Source: a virus. Taken from it: a DNA stretch of 64,000 nt. Numbering within the stretch: the first letter of the stretch is position 1; each line of letters opens with the position of its first letter. Shown piece after piece: positions 9,729-18,518 of the stretch. Position numbers and translations under genes: made by a program. Location: positions 1-64,000 of IMG/VR virus record IMGVR_UViG_3300028197_000962; one strand, 5' to 3'. Under the pieces are notes generated by a model that saw only the letters and a program-made list of their open reading frames with translations, did not search any database and was not told the DNA's origin.

Positions 9729-10072
9729 TAGTTAACGTGTATAGTACCTGTCATTCCTGCACTCTGATGAGGACCACAGAAAAAAGTGTAGTCACCAGCA
9801 TCTGCAAAGAAAATGTCTTGCGATTCTCCTGGTGAGAACATAAGGGATTCTCTCGAAAGATCAACGCGACCTTCCACAATAATATTATGCGGAGGTAACA
9901 TACTATTCACAAAATGAATAGTGTCCCCTGCATTAATTGTAACATCAGATGGATAAAAAATCAACTGTCCATCTGATCCCATATTCACATCAAGAGCATA
10001 TGCAGACCTAGGTAAAAAGATTACCATAGCCGCAATTGTGACCAGAATTAAAGCGCGAATGAGTTTCATCAT
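9728..10072 (-). CDS. petE: Plastocyanin with signal peptide
   Basis: Cu ligands PPHN and CGPHQSAGM; N-terminal signal ending AYA. Confidence 0.95.
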   Translation of the reverse strand: MMKLIRALILVTIAAMVIFLPRSAYALDVNMGSDGQLIFYPSDVTINAGDTIHFVNSMLPPHNIIVEGRVDLSRESLMFSPGESQDIFFADAGDYTFFCGPHQSAGMTGTIHVN

Positions 10073-10135
10073 GTGAAACGCAACTACACTATCTAGTACA
10101 GTTTGTGAGTTTATCTACTTACTTTGGTTCTGGTT

Positions 10136-10294
10136 TCAAGACACCAAACTAATGACTCCATGAGCATAAAAAGCAAGCAAAATACTACCGATACACGCGC
10201 TGATTACAGTAGCAGTTTTGTTATGTTGATCAATTGCTTTGTCGATCATTTTCTGACACTCATCTTTTGTTATGAGATCAGTCTTTTCGTGCAT
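10136..10294 (-). CDS. Small membrane protein (52 aa)
   Basis: Hand-translated MHEKTDLITKDECQKMIDKAIDQHNKTATVISACIGSILLAFYAHGVISLVS. Confidence 0.65.
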   Translation of the reverse strand: MHEKTDLITKDECQKMIDKAIDQHNKTATVISACIGSILLAFYAHGVISLVS

Positions 10295-10487
10295 CTTCTA
10301 AAAATTCTTTAAGTTTTTTCTTCTCAGGAAGTCCCTTGTGTTTTGTTTTTGCAAATTTCTTTACGCTGGACTTGGACATGGAGGAAGCAGCTTTGGAAAC
10401 CTCAGACGAGGGGTTTTCCATTTCCCCTTTCTGAGCCGCTCTAACCATCCCGAAGAACCGTTGTTGTTTTTTGGAGACTGCTGGCAT
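10278..10487 (-). CDS. Small basic protein
   Basis: MPAVSKKQQRFFGMV...FAKTKHKGLPEK. Confidence 0.75.
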   Translation of the reverse strand: MPAVSKKQQRFFGMVRAAQKGEMENPSSEVSKAASSMSKSSVKKFAKTKHKGLPEKKKLKEFLEDARKD

Positions 10488-10488
10488 G

Positions 10489-12075
10489 TCACGTTGCTTT
10501 CTTTCTGCGATTCATTTCCTTCGTCACTCTCTTCATCATAAATTGATTGGAAGGAAGACTCTGATCACTGCCACTTACTTGCTTATGCAATGCTGCTAGT
10601 TTTTCATCTGACTGCTTAGCCATCTTAGCATCTTCTTTAATAGCACCCTGACCATGCTTGGCACGGATGCTTGCCTTTACTTTCTCAAGTGCAGACATAC
10701 CATCATAGGGTTTTTTCTTTCCACCACCCATAGCAACATTTTTAGTAGCACTCTTGTAACGGTTGTTGCCGTCAACACCACCACGCTCCATGCGACGATC
10801 TTTCAGAGAATCTTCTGTCTCTTCTTTCCTTAGTGATGCTTTACGTCCTTTAGGATCCTGCATTGCAATCCGACGCTGCATCTGCTTATTGGCCTCCTTT
10901 TCTTTACCATGGTGGGCAGCAACAACTTCCTTAGCATAGGCTTTATCAGACTGACGTGACACCCTTTTCTCCCTTGCAGGAGTCATTGGTTCATATCCTT
11001 CTACCTCAACATCTTCACCCATGTGATCAGCAGCCTTATAACGCTTGTCACCTGCCTTCATCTTTTGATAAGCAACAGTGTTTGCTTTCTTGTCAGCATT
11101 CGTGACAACCATACGGGTGTCCTTTTTCTCTGGTGGAGTTCCACCATAGACTGCTTCTTTGATCATCTCGTAAGTTTCCTCATCGAGTTCGATCAATTCT
11201 AACACCTCACCACCAAGTTCTTGGACAATGTTTTCCAATTTTAAATGTGGATCAATGGTGATTTTATTCTTAACGTTCTTCTCTTTGATCTGCGTCTCTT
11301 CTTCTTTACCATCTCTACCACTAACTTCGGTGAGATCAGATCTCCAATCAGAGAAAGATTCATTATCTTCCTTCACACCTTTCTTAGCAATTGCACTGCC
11401 AATTGCCTTACGGCGATTCATCAGATACTTATCAGTCTTATCCTTCTTACCATCATTGTTGACATCACCGTCTTCTTTGCCGACAGGATCAAGTCCTTCA
11501 TTCTTAGGAGAAGGTTTCCTACCCATTGCGGCTTCATAGTCATCGTCCTGTCTCTTCTTACGGACGGCAGCAGTAGCACCATAGTCATGACCGAAGTCAT
11601 GACCACCAGCAGTCTTGCCCATCTTCTTTCTTTGTGCAACCAATCGCTTCTCGCGACGTGCTGCCATTGCTGCTAACGAATCTGCTTCATCAACTGATTC
11701 AACTTCTTCTTTATACTTCACAAAATTTTTGGATTTCTTGTAGTAAGCAGGGCCAGCGTCAGGCACGATTTTCATACTCTTATCAGAACCCTTTGCCTTA
11801 ATTCTCTTTTCTGCTTCTTCAATTTCAACTTCATGAACTGCTTTATATGCATCAGCAAAAGAATTGACAGAATCCCATCCTTGTTGATTCTCTTCAAAAT
11901 GTGGGTTCTTCATTTGAGGACCCTTAGCAAGTTCCTTACGTGCCTTCTCATTATTCTTCTGACGTTTCTTCATGTCAGGTTCAAGATAAGTATCGTCCTT
12001 TTTCTTATCACCATTCATCTCAGCATAAAGAGAGTTGAGTTCTGCAACTGCCTTACGACTTGCGTGGATATCCAT
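10489..12075 (-). CDS. Low-complexity modular protein, putative capsid-internal polyprotein
   Basis: 528 aa; basic K/R/M/A-rich modules alternate with acidic (V/I/L/M)-X-E linkers; ATAAATA upstream. Confidence 0.75.
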   Translation of the reverse strand: MDIHASRKAVAELNSLYAEMNGDKKKDDTYLEPDMKKRQKNNEKARKELAKGPQMKNPHFEENQQGWDSVNSFADAYKAVHEVEIEEAEKRIKAKGSDKSMKIVPDAGPAYYKKSKNFVKYKEEVESVDEADSLAAMAARREKRLVAQRKKMGKTAGGHDFGHDYGATAAVRKKRQDDDYEAAMGRKPSPKNEGLDPVGKEDGDVNNDGKKDKTDKYLMNRRKAIGSAIAKKGVKEDNESFSDWRSDLTEVSGRDGKEEETQIKEKNVKNKITIDPHLKLENIVQELGGEVLELIELDEETYEMIKEAVYGGTPPEKKDTRMVVTNADKKANTVAYQKMKAGDKRYKAADHMGEDVEVEGYEPMTPAREKRVSRQSDKAYAKEVVAAHHGKEKEANKQMQRRIAMQDPKGRKASLRKEETEDSLKDRRMERGGVDGNNRYKSATKNVAMGGGKKKPYDGMSALEKVKASIRAKHGQGAIKEDAKMAKQSDEKLAALHKQVSGSDQSLPSNQFMMKRVTKEMNRRKKAT

Positions 12076-12079
12076 GAAG

Positions 12080-13282
12080 TTAACTTTTTTTCTTATTTTT
12101 ATTTATGAAGTTTTTGATTTGTTTAGTTCCAGTCATCTTCATAGCATATCTACGGAACGAATCTGTTCCAACCTCTCTTTGACTAGCAGGCACACCAGAC
12201 ACCTCAGTAAACTCATTGAGATCACGGATCCAAGATTTAAACATAATGTTATCCTCGGTGACACAGATCAAGTGATTTGTGCCACGACGAGTAATCCTAC
12301 CGATCAATCCGTTGTTTAAACTCTCTACAACATCACCTAACTTAAAGATGATACCATTAATATAGTTTTCTCTGAGACCTTTCCAATCAAGTTTAGGTGC
12401 AATCTGCCATGTTTCAGTAACCTTCTTCTTACCCATCTTTTTAACGATGGTATTGAATAGTTTCTGAGCAGATTCGTCATCTAAGGCTTTGGGGACTCCC
12501 TTCTTAAACGCCTCGAAGTCTCCATCAGCAGCTGCTTTTCTAAGCTTAGAGGCAGACATGCCCTCGACACCCTCAGCATCGGGATCTCTTTCCCCCGCTG
12601 AGATAACGTTAATCTCATCAAAGTCGTATAGTTCGCCGTTATACTTAATTGCGAGTTTTTCAAACTCTCCCTGTCTATCAGCACCAACCATGATGTTGAC
12701 ACTACTGTATCCGTCCTCATTTGCTTTCTTTAAAACGTCAAATATGCTACGCATACCATCGTCATTCACAATCCTTTCATCGTGTGTTGGATACATCTTT
12801 CTCATGTACGAAATCTTTTCGTCAGGTGAAAGAGGATTCTTCTTAGGATCTTCTGAACGCGATGGATATATCTTATAATCCCCACCCTTTGCTTGGCGCT
12901 TTGTGGCGTCCAACAATTTCTCATGCCCAGAGGTAGGAGGATTGAACCTTCCAAATGCAATAGTAAGAGCCTCACCCTCTCTTTCCTTTGCACTCTCAGA
13001 TTCTTCTTCACTAGAAGAAGTGTTTGTGTCAGGTCTTGGTTGTTCTGCTTTTTTCTGGCCATCTTCTGGTGTGGCAGCACGTTTTTGTTGCGGTGCTGGA
13101 TCTTCTTTTCCTGGACCTTTTCCTTTACTTAGGAGGAGGTCACCTTTATAAGTCCTACCTTTATATGAACCCTGACGATCATACCAATTTCCATGCCCAT
13201 CCGATACCAATCCCATACGCTTCGCTTTTTCAACGGCGCGTGAGACAACTGCTTCTTGGATGAATGATGAAAAACTTTTCAT
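12080..13282 (-). CDS. Cytidylyltransferase-like (HxGH) nucleotidyltransferase
   Basis: [26 protein letters not shown] motifs. Confidence 0.85.
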   Translation of the reverse strand: MKSFSSFIQEAVVSRAVEKAKRMGLVSDGHGNWYDRQGSYKGRTYKGDLLLSKGKGPGKEDPAPQQKRAATPEDGQKKAEQPRPDTNTSSSEEESESAKEREGEALTIAFGRFNPPTSGHEKLLDATKRQAKGGDYKIYPSRSEDPKKNPLSPDEKISYMRKMYPTHDERIVNDDGMRSIFDVLKKANEDGYSSVNIMVGADRQGEFEKLAIKYNGELYDFDEINVISAGERDPDAEGVEGMSASKLRKAAADGDFEAFKKGVPKALDDESAQKLFNTIVKKMGKKKVTETWQIAPKLDWKGLRENYINGIIFKLGDVVESLNNGLIGRITRRGTNHLICVTEDNIMFKSWIRDLNEFTEVSGVPASQREVGTDSFRRYAMKMTGTKQIKNFINKNKKKS

Positions 13283-13302
13283 TTAAGTATCCTTCTTAAC
13301 TA

Positions 13303-13671
13303 TTATTTATTAGATAGAGTGTTTTCCAAATGCCGAAGCTCTTCCAATCTTTCTTCACGAACTTGATCCTTTGTCTTTGGTTTAGGTTTTCTAAAAAATC
13401 TAGCAGCTGATTTTTTGTTAGAGTCAAATGTATTGACCTTTCTATTCTTAGAATCATCACCTTGATCAGTCCATACAAAATCATCTACTATAACCGTTCC
13501 GAGCGGAGCAGAACTCATAGTAATAAATTCTTGTTCACTATTTTGATCAACTTGCGTATAATATCCAGTCGTATTCATTGCGTCATCGAGATCTTTGATC
13601 TTCTGATCAATCTCAACAAGAGGAGTCCTGTATCTTTTTACTCTATTAAATGTGCTCATGTCAAATACCAA
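13303..13671 (-). CDS. Hypothetical protein
   Basis: 122-aa ORF. Confidence 0.55.
   Translation of the reverse strand: MVFDMSTFNRVKRYRTPLVEIDQKIKDLDDAMNTTGYYTQVDQNSEQEFITMSSAPLGTVIVDDFVWTDQGDDSKNRKVNTFDSNKKSAARFFRKPKPKTKDQVREERLEELRHLENTLSNK
13304..13310 (-). promoter_or_regulatory. Late promoter ATAAATA
   Basis: About 20 bp upstream of the nucleotidyltransferase start. Confidence 0.65.
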
Positions 13672-14980
13672 TGTCTCCTTTCTTTATCATCTCTTTAAAT
13701 TCAGGAGTGATACCTGCAAAAAACTGTGGGAATGCTGAAAAATCTCCCTTATATCTCAATTCAATATCAAGAATAGGAGTGTCTCCTTTTGATAATGTAA
13801 AGAAAACTTTTGCTGCATTTTTAGATAAAGTTTTTTGTTTATCCAAAACCATTTTTGTTTCTTCCTTTGAAAGATTTGCCATAGCAATCATAATACTATG
13901 AGCATCTAATACATTTGCCGATCCAACATTTGGAGAGAGATCTTTATTTACGGTGCCAACACCCTCTGCCAAATAAAATCCGAACTCATATTTATCCCAA
14001 ATATCAAGAGTATCCATCAATCCAGTTTTTAAAACTCTTGTTAATAAAATATCAGCAAGTTTATCTTTTACATCATCTTGATTCATAATATCAAGAAATC
14101 CTTGATACAATGGATTCACTTTTCCACCAGTGCTTTGAAGTTTTTTGTTTACAAAGTCTCGAAAACTTATCTGAGATGGATCACTACCTGAGCTTTTAAT
14201 AAGTCCGTTTCTATCTGCTAACTCTGCCTCTGATTTTAAATTAATTAATGGAATTCTTTGAGTCTTACCATCACCCTTATTTCTAATAACCTTTATATCC
14301 CACAATGCTTTCGCATCAGATGTGTTACTAGGATTCATACTAGTAATTTTTTTATTTCCAGAAATCGCAAATCTTTCTAATGGTCCACCAGGACTACATG
14401 CTTCTTTAATAACACCCGCAAAAAATTTAATTCTGTGCGTATTTAATTTTTCTCTTGTTTTTACAAATTCTGGACCATCAATATATGCAGAGAATGCATT
14501 ATTAATAAGTGTTGGACTAGCAGAATTTACTTTTGGTTTTTTCTTTAATGAAATACCAACAAAATCATTTCCGTTTAGTTTTAAAATAACATCGGATGAA
14601 TTATAGTCAGACATCCCGAATGCCTTTACCTTAAAGGGTGCAACATCTGGATGCCATTTATTACCTGTCAAATATACCTTTGAAGGAACTTTATTTTTCC
14701 TAAGTTTTGATCTTGTTCCCAATACAGCAGAAATAGATGCTGCAAGATCTCCATAAATATCCTCTGGTTTTTTAGATGATGTGTTAAGATCAATAATTTT
14801 AATCATGCCATTCTTTGTGGCATTACCAGCAGCATCTAATACTTTGTCACTCTTTAAGTTTTCCAGAGCAACAAAGTATAGTTCTTTAAATTTATCATCA
14901 CTACTCTTTGCTTCTGTTAAAACAGAAGTGGGTACGAAGGATAGTCCGGCATATAATCCTTCTGACGGTTCAAACGCCAT
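13661..14980 (-). CDS. Hypothetical protein, putative PD-(D/E)xK-like nuclease
   Basis: SSDVILK...FVGISLKKK motif; AT-rich; CTAAATA upstream. Confidence 0.55.
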   Translation of the reverse strand: MAFEPSEGLYAGLSFVPTSVLTEAKSSDDKFKELYFVALENLKSDKVLDAAGNATKNGMIKIIDLNTSSKKPEDIYGDLAASISAVLGTRSKLRKNKVPSKVYLTGNKWHPDVAPFKVKAFGMSDYNSSDVILKLNGNDFVGISLKKKPKVNSASPTLINNAFSAYIDGPEFVKTREKLNTHRIKFFAGVIKEACSPGGPLERFAISGNKKITSMNPSNTSDAKALWDIKVIRNKGDGKTQRIPLINLKSEAELADRNGLIKSSGSDPSQISFRDFVNKKLQSTGGKVNPLYQGFLDIMNQDDVKDKLADILLTRVLKTGLMDTLDIWDKYEFGFYLAEGVGTVNKDLSPNVGSANVLDAHSIMIAMANLSKEETKMVLDKQKTLSKNAAKVFFTLSKGDTPILDIELRYKGDFSAFPQFFAGITPEFKEMIKKGDIGI

Positions 14981-14994
14981 AGCACATTTTCTAA

Positions 14995-15216
14995 CTATTT
15001 AGACTCTTCTTCCTCCTCATTTACTTTTTTATTAAAACCAAATGGTCCAGCTTTATCTTCTGATCTATTCTTCATAGCAACACCAGCAAGAGACTCCATA
15101 ATTTTAAGGATGTCTTTTGCCTCAGCATCTTCACCAAGTTCTTTGGCAACATACCAATACTTAGGCCAGAATTCTTCACCGGCAATAAGATATTCATTAA
15201 GACTAATTGGTTTCAT
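14995..15216 (-). CDS. Hypothetical protein
   Basis: 73-aa ORF ending in PFGF and an acidic tail. Confidence 0.7.
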   Translation of the reverse strand: MKPISLNEYLIAGEEFWPKYWYVAKELGEDAEAKDILKIMESLAGVAMKNRSEDKAGPFGFNKKVNEEEEESK

Positions 15217-15329
15217 TTGAAATACCTATCCATTCTAAGTTTAACATAATACATTCCTAGTAACCATAAGGAAAAAAGGAATCCTTCTCCATAAGTCATA
15301 GTGTTCCAGGCATTAACTGCACCATCCAT
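15213..15329 (-). CDS. Tiny membrane peptide (38 aa)
   Basis: Hand-translated MDGAVNAWNTMTYGEGFLFSLWLLGMYYVKLRMDRYFK; start/stop overlaps on both sides. Confidence 0.6.
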   Translation of the reverse strand: MDGAVNAWNTMTYGEGFLFSLWLLGMYYVKLRMDRYFK

Positions 15330-15754
15330 TAGAGATCTCCCTCTACACGATTTTCAGAATAGTGAACATCAAACTCGCCACCAGGATAACGTGCTTTGAG
15401 TTTCTCTACATTCATAGCAAGAATCTCATCGAACGAAGTATCAAGTGCCATACATGCCTGAGCAAGATACCAACAGATATCACCCAGTTCACGTTTCATA
15501 TGAAACACATTGTCTTCATTATAATCCTTTCCTTGGAAGATAATCTTCTTTACAACCTCAGTAAACTCACCTGCCTCTGCTGACAATCCAAGAGCAGCAG
15601 TCAGGAGTTGAGTAACATTCGTATCATCTTCAAGTTCAAGTTTGTTAGTACGAGAAAGGAAGGCAGCATAATCCAAAGATGGATCACTAGTAACTTCTCT
15701 TACAAATTCAACGTACTTTTCTGTATCAACGAAAGGTCTTTCAGTATCAATCAT
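15329..15754 (-). CDS. mazG: MazG-family NTP pyrophosphohydrolase
   Basis: GLSAEAGEFTEVVKK...ELGDICWY...NVEKLKARYP. Confidence 0.93.
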   Translation of the reverse strand: MIDTERPFVDTEKYVEFVREVTSDPSLDYAAFLSRTNKLELEDDTNVTQLLTAALGLSAEAGEFTEVVKKIIFQGKDYNEDNVFHMKRELGDICWYLAQACMALDTSFDEILAMNVEKLKARYPGGEFDVHYSENRVEGDL

Positions 15755-17133
15755 TAGAAATTAAGGGTAGAGAACTTTTTCTTCAAATCAGTTTTATCTT
15801 CATAAGTATACTCCTCATCCTTGCCATTGTCAAGGATATCATTCTGTGCGGTTTGCTCACAGTCATACAATCTCATCTTGGCACGATCAATACCAACTAC
15901 AAATCTCTTATGTACGTTGTTATCATTGTATCGATTCTTCAATTGCTTCACCATAATCTGTCCCAACTCTTCCAATTCCTCTGTTGAAATAAGGGCAAAC
16001 ATAAGATCAGCAGTAGCAGGGAGACCAAAGGACTCACTAGTATCAGTAAGCTCAACATCACTGCTACCATAACCAGAACGAGTGGTCTGGGTGGCAGATA
16101 TGATAGGGACGTTTGCTTCGACAGCAAGTCCTCTAAGCTCCTCAGCAATCGACTTAACAAGAGTATAGGAATTGATATTGGAAGACCCCTTGTAACGCGA
16201 AGAGGCACAAATATTGAGATAATCCACGAATATAATATCAGGTCTAAAAGATTTTTTAAGCGCAAGTTCATTAAGAAGTGACTTAAAATGTCCACTGTGA
16301 GCACTAGCAGTTGGGTATTCTTTAATGATTAACTGACCCTGAGTTTTCTTAGAGATAGCGTTGACCTTCGTATCAAAGATTTGTTTAGGAAGGTCAACGA
16401 GATCTTGAATATTTGTATTCAATAAGTTTGCGTCAATTCGTTCAGCAATTTTCTCCTCTGCCATCTCACATGTAATGTAGAGTACGTTCCTGCCCTGCAT
16501 GAGAGCGGAACTAGCGACGTGGCACATGAATAAACTTTTCCCGACACCTGTGCCAGCAAGAGCGATGTTGAGAGTCTTATTAGGGAGCCCACCTTTGGTA
16601 ATTTTGTTAAGATATTCAAGGTCAAACGGGATTTTTTCTTCTTTTCGATGATAGAGAGCATAGCGTTCTTCGTAATCTTCTAAGTAATTGTGTCCAACAT
16701 GATTATCAAAAGACACTGCTAATGCATCAGATAAGATAGAAGGGATGGCATCACGGCCTTTCCTTTCATCCTTACCTTCTGCAAGAGCAATGGATTCCAT
16801 GAGCGCCAGATATATAGCACGATCACGGCACCATCTTTCTGTGGTATCTAATAACCAAAAGAAATCAGCAGGTTCTTTGTCTAGGTATGAGAGAATCTGT
16901 CCGAGTTCTTTAAATGTTTGCTCAGTCAAGTCCTCTCGATTTTCTACCTCAATAGATATCGCTTCTCTTGTTGGTAATTTATCGTAGTTAATGATGAATG
17001 TTGAGATCTCTTCATACAAAATACGATTTGGTTGGTCCTCAAAGTATTCTTTTTGAATAAAAGGAATAACTTTTCGTGCATACTCTTCATTGTGAATGAG
17101 ATTTTTGAGAACTAGATTCTCAACTTTCTCCAT
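15754..17133 (-). CDS. gp41: Replicative DNA helicase (T4 gp41)
   Basis: Walker A AGTGVGKS, VDYLNI, QLKNRY. Confidence 0.96.
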   Translation of the reverse strand: MEKVENLVLKNLIHNEEYARKVIPFIQKEYFEDQPNRILYEEISTFIINYDKLPTREAISIEVENREDLTEQTFKELGQILSYLDKEPADFFWLLDTTERWCRDRAIYLALMESIALAEGKDERKGRDAIPSILSDALAVSFDNHVGHNYLEDYEERYALYHRKEEKIPFDLEYLNKITKGGLPNKTLNIALAGTGVGKSLFMCHVASSALMQGRNVLYITCEMAEEKIAERIDANLLNTNIQDLVDLPKQIFDTKVNAISKKTQGQLIIKEYPTASAHSGHFKSLLNELALKKSFRPDIIFVDYLNICASSRYKGSSNINSYTLVKSIAEELRGLAVEANVPIISATQTTRSGYGSSDVELTDTSESFGLPATADLMFALISTEELEELGQIMVKQLKNRYNDNNVHKRFVVGIDRAKMRLYDCEQTAQNDILDNGKDEEYTYEDKTDLKKKFSTLNF

Positions 17134-18127
17134 AACTAAACTCCTTCTTTGCAATTTGATCCAACTTTTCCATTACCTCTGGGGTAAAATATTCATCAGG
17201 ATCTTTCAAGATTGCCTTGGCATAGACCTTCTTGCCATTGATTTCATAGCGACCTGCTACATTTTTCCAAAGTCCTCCAATCTCACCGAGTTCAAGAAGA
17301 CCAAAATATCGATCTAGGCCACGCTCATCATAATACAGACGCACCGTAACAACTTTATTTTCTTTACTTAAACGCGACTTAGCAGTCTTTGCTTTGATAA
17401 GGTTTCCGACAACTTCCGTTCCATCCTTTTCTTTCTTTTTACTGAGATGAATAATAGTAGAAGAGGCATATTTAAGACCAGAACCACCTCCCATCTCCTT
17501 AGTAGGAACATAAGCACCGATGACATCGTAGGTATGATTGGTAACAATCATTGGAATGTTTGCTTGACCAAGTTTAAGTGTGAGCATACGGAATGCTCCT
17601 TTCACCAGTTGGGATTTGGTCATGTCCCGAACTTGTTTATCATCTAACGCATCACGGATCTCCTTCTCTGTGGAAAGCATTCCCAGAGAGTCTAGCACAA
17701 ATATGCAAGGTCTGCGCTCATCAAGAGGTTTCTTTAAATATATATCTACTGCTTTAAGTGCAGCTTGCCTAAACTGCTCAACAGTAACCACTTCCAGACG
17801 AACAAAACGACTTGCGTCTATCCCACGACTCGTAAGTAAAGACCTGTTAACAGCTGCCTCGGTGTCAAAATATAAGCAGTACCCATCAGGATTAGCATCA
17901 AGAAAATTTTTGACAACAGCGAGAGAGAAGAAAGTTTTGCCAGTAGAAGACTCGCCAGCAATGGCAGTAATCTTATTCCCAGAACAACCACCAAATATAC
18001 TACCTGATATGAGTCCGTTAAGAATGAACGAACCCGTGTCCACGTAAGTTTCTGTGTCGTCGATGTCTGATCCAAGTTGGGTAAACTCATTACCTATCTC
18101 TTTTACAATCTCTTTTAAAAAATCCAT
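17120..18127 (-). CDS. uvsX: RecA-like recombinase
   Basis: GESSTGKT, LDSLG, MGGGSGLKY. Confidence 0.95.
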   Translation of the reverse strand: MDFLKEIVKEIGNEFTQLGSDIDDTETYVDTGSFILNGLISGSIFGGCSGNKITAIAGESSTGKTFFSLAVVKNFLDANPDGYCLYFDTEAAVNRSLLTSRGIDASRFVRLEVVTVEQFRQAALKAVDIYLKKPLDERRPCIFVLDSLGMLSTEKEIRDALDDKQVRDMTKSQLVKGAFRMLTLKLGQANIPMIVTNHTYDVIGAYVPTKEMGGGSGLKYASSTIIHLSKKKEKDGTEVVGNLIKAKTAKSRLSKENKVVTVRLYYDERGLDRYFGLLELGEIGGLWKNVAGRYEINGKKVYAKAILKDPDEYFTPEVMEKLDQIAKKEFSYGES

Positions 18128-18330
18128 TACAAAACCAAACCAAACTGTTCCCGCGCAATTTTTTTATATGGACCGTGCGGGTGATCATCCATAATTTGTT
18201 GTATGACTTTTAATTTGCCACATAACTTGTCTCGATATTCTTTCTTAGATGGTACTACATGTTCAGAACACACAGCATCAACAATTTCATCAAGTTCATT
18301 TTTGTCGATTGGGAGATCCATCAATTCCAC
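18127..18330 (-). CDS. Hypothetical protein
   Basis: 67-aa ORF in the operon. Confidence 0.65.
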   Translation of the reverse strand: MELMDLPIDKNELDEIVDAVCSEHVVPSKKEYRDKLCGKLKVIQQIMDDHPHGPYKKIAREQFGLVL

Positions 18331-18518
18331 CTAAGTGTATTGAGATATTCTAGCACATCTTTCCTGACATCCATCAATTCATTGTAGCACTTTTGATTGT
18401 GGGCACACTGCCTAAGTGAAGAATCTGGTTTATGCACAGACTCAATAAAGATATCAAGACCACGATTCCATTTTTCTTTTTTTCCCTCACAGTCTTCAAT
18501 ACTATTCTGATCCTTCAT
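18321..18518 (-). CDS. Hypothetical protein
   Basis: 65 aa, LRQCAHNQKCY. Confidence 0.65.
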   Translation of the reverse strand: MKDQNSIEDCEGKKEKWNRGLDIFIESVHKPDSSLRQCAHNQKCYNELMDVRKDVLEYLNTLRWN

